A program made the translations under genes and the position numbers. Below the pieces are notes generated by a model. The model was not told where the DNA came from and searched no databases. It worked only from the letters and a program-made list of their open reading frames with translations. This document shows, one piece after another, positions 60,619-64,000 of a stretch of 64,000 nt of DNA. Each line of letters opens with the position of its first letter. Positions within the stretch are counted from its first letter, which is position 1. The stretch comes from Eledone cirrhosa (taxonomy: Eukaryota): contig OZ024742.1 in assembly GCA_964016885.1 (NCBI GenBank), positions 325,872,001 through 325,936,000 of the forward strand, in the 5' to 3' direction.

Positions 60619-60900
60619 ATCAAAAGATGGTTAAAACAGTTCCTTGTATTTTATTATGCGCATTTCAAAAACAAATATCATCATGCGACGATGAGATTTG
60701 CGTTCTCATCAGATAAGATAGGGAGGCATGATATGAAGCTTAAAAAAGGCTTGCGAGCAGTGAAGTGTTAAATCAACATGTTGATTTAACACTTATCTCC
60801 CTATTTTATCTGTTAAGATGGCAAATATCATCCCATTTTGATATTTGTTTTTGAAATGCGCATAATAAAATAGCTGGAACTCTTTTAACCATCTTTTGAT
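60619..60900. mobile_element. Inverted pseudo-LTR-like pair with hammerheads
   Basis: HHR at 60647-60720 (-): tatcttat-CTGATGA-stem II-GAAA-tgcgca-TA-ataaaata. Degenerate mirror at 60802-60872. Perfect central palindrome aagtgttaaatcaacatgttgatttaacactt. Confidence 0.75.
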
Positions 60901-60991
60901 TTTATATTATTTATACTCCAGTCCTATAAACTGTTGAGTGCTACTTATCCGAAATGTGCATTGCTTTATTGTGCTACAATAAAACTCACCT

Positions 60992-61132
<141 letters not shown>

Positions 61133-61229
61133 AGAAAAAGTGTCAGGACCCCTACGGCTGAACTCTGGCCGTTTCGACATATATATATATACATATATGC
61201 ATATGTGCAACTCAAACAGAGGTTTCACA

Positions 61230-61466
61230 CGCATACTAAGCACACTCCACACACACAAAAGATGGTGTAGGACAGAACAAAGGAGAGACACAATATAAAA
61301 ACCTAGTCACTGAGGAGATCAGAGAATATGTGACGAAAGAGCTTTGACAATATACAAACAACCTTCCGGTTATCGAACCAACCAACCAGCCAACCGGAAA
61401 CTTGAAATAAATTTAAGTGAGAATTCACCAGGTGCGTGTGTTTTTATTGCCAGCATGTCCCTCCAA
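61230..61466 (+). mobile_element. Solo PLE pseudo-LTR fragment (36606/57727 family)
   Basis: Matches ~58130-58402. Confidence 0.7.
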
Positions 61467-61994
61467 TATATATATATTTATATATATATATCTTATATAT
61501 TCACCCATTCAGTGAATGTATAAGATTGTAGTAGTGAAACTGCATCCCGTTCTTCAGAGTTACACATTTTAGTTAAAAGCCGTGTATATATATGTGGTCA
61601 AATGATAGTGTTAAGCCGGGACATATATTAGGTCTCCAAATCCAGTAAGCCACAGCATCATATATAATCAGAACACCGCATAGAATTTATCTCTCTTTCT
61701 CTGTCTCCTTTTCTCTCTTGCTGGTCAATTATCTCTCAATGTGATTTTAACTTACCATTGTCTGTGCTCTGTTATCTCTGATAAGAACATCTACAGTAGT
61801 ATTAAATACAAACTAATGTTCAATTTGTAAGAAGGCAAACATAAAACATGTAATGAAACTGCATAAAAATAAAATGAATGTTAAAATACGACCAATTCAA
61901 ATGTAACTTCTGAACTTAGTTGCTTCATTTCTGTTCTGTCTCATACATTAAAGAAAAATATGTAAGACATTAGAAATTTTAGAAAAATGTTATT

Positions 61995-62290
<296 letters not shown>

Positions 62291-62819
62291 AGAGTACACT
62301 TATCATCAAAAGTAGGATTAAAAACATGACCATCCGGCTTTTTTGAATAGGAGTTCTTTACGGGGTATATACTCAGCATACTTTTAAACAGTGGAAAGCT
62401 ATTTACAGGAGATGAGCCTTTCATTCCTAGCCGGAAAAGACTCAACCTGTACGCCGTTACCTTGATCGCTGCTCGAAGATATCATATATTTATATATACG
62501 TTGTTGTGTATATTAGTTTTAGTATTGTTTTTTTTTTCAAAATGGCGTCTGGAACTTTAATGTTGCGTTGTTAAATATGACAGGTCATAAATTGTGAGTA
62601 ATTTCTTGGTGTAGTTTAAGACGAACGCATAATAACCCTTCCCCCTCTTCTTCAACATTAGCAACGGAATATCAGTCAATGCTAATAAGGTACGTGAAAC
62701 AGAAGTAAAAGAAAGAAATATACTCCCGAAATAGTGATAACTTTGGGAGTGAATTAAAATAAATATATTGACATAATTGTTTCTACTTTAGGCACAAGGC
62801 CAGCAATTTACCAGTACAA

Positions 62820-62893
62820 TACTGGTACTTTATTTTATCGACCCAGTAAGGATGAAAGGCAAAGTTAACCTCGGCGGGATTTGAACTCAGAAT
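62820..62893 (-). mobile_element. SINE core (family of 111-240)
   Basis: Reverse complement of ttctgagttcaaatcccgccgaggttaactttgcctttcatcc...gataaaataaagtaccagt. Confidence 0.6.
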
Positions 62894-62995
62894 GGAAAGG
62901 AAGGTAACTATGCTAGAAATCATGGCGTCCAACCCTCGACCGATACTGCCAATTCTTCTCCTTTATATATTGACATAATATATAATATATTGACA

Positions 62996-64000
62996 TAATG
63001 ATTTCATTTATTGGCCACAAGGGCCGACATATAGGGGACAATACAAAAGACTGGGACAGTGGGGTTTTACAGAAAAATCGAGTAAACAATATGAATAACA
63101 ATAACAAAGTAACAATAACAAAGTAACAATAAAGTAACAAGAAAATTACAAGAAAAAATTCGCCATGAGGGGGGATGACCACCTAGGGTTCACTCAGGTA
63201 CCCCACCAGTCTTGAACGACCCGACGATTCAAGAGCACATTGAAAGGGCACCCCTCTCCTCTTCAAATTTACCTACCTACAGCCGCATGACCAGAGTAGG
63301 CCCACTCACACGGGCCATTCTCGCCACATTCACCCACCTTTCAGCAAATGTACTGGGGGGGGGCAGCACTTCTCTCTCCACCCTCACCTTCCTTCCCAAG
63401 TGAAACTTGAAAAAGTTGATGCGGGATTGGCCGAAGAGAAAAGTGTCTGTCTTCAGTCCTTTCAACCTCGTCCACCATACAGCCTCTTTCGTTACTGCCA
63501 CCAGACACAGGAAAATTGCCCGCCCTTCCTGGCCACAAGAAGGCGGCGGGTCGATCTTCACTATGGACTCGGCCGATAGCCGCATCCGTTCTACACTCGA
63601 CAACAGCTGTTCAACATAACTCCACAAGTCAGTAAATCACGGACACTGGACGAGTGCGTGCAGAACGATTTCGTCGCTCTGCGCGCATCTCGGGCAGGTC
63701 CGTCTGACAGCACTTCCGTGCCTGTAGAGTTTATCTCGAACCGGCAGTGCCCCCCGGTAGCACTGCCAAGCGAGGGATTTTTGGAAATTATCCATCGTCC
63801 CCGGTACAGACTGGTTAGTTCGACTTCGTTGACTCCCAGAGCCTCTCCGAGTGCGTCGTCGCACTTGCCCACCACTAATGCTCTATAGAACTCGAGAGTG
63901 GAAGATCCACTGACCGCATTGCCCGCCTGGTAGAGGGCAGTGAGTGCCTGGAAACATTCCAGATGCCAGTCACCCAGTCTCGGTCTCTTCTTGACCCAGG
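62996..64000 (-). mobile_element. Second Tx1/L1 copy, 3' part (runs off the window)
   Basis: Reverse complement of ~54421-55432 with small indels. Confidence 0.9.

Overview
Very AT-rich, (TA)n-microsatellite-saturated animal DNA, probably cephalopod (octopus-like), inferred from the SINE type and repeat landscape. I can support no host protein-coding gene; most ORFs in the track are translated microsatellites. The window is mostly retroelement remains: several Penelope-like elements (PLEs; RT plus GIY-YIG) of at least three lineages, a CR1-type LINE, two Tx1/L1 LINEs, R4/Dong-type fragments, a non-autonomous Helitron, SINEs and a MITE. The main signal is not in the ORF track: more than 20 minimal type-I hammerhead ribozyme (HHR) motifs from about ten families can be read directly from the sequence. 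The most striking is a near-homogeneous 467-bp tandem array (17372-21591) arranged as a large palindrome. Every complete unit carries an intact HHR and an octamer (ATGCAAAT) motif, which makes it a candidate retrozyme / satellite-2-like circular-RNA element. Two more HHR tandem families (21636-22676 and 30077-30931) lie nearby. Most HHR/PLE insertions share one geometry: inverted arms joined at their 5' ends, with both 3' ends running outward, usually into (TA)n. All coordinates and alignments were read by eye and may be off by a few bases.
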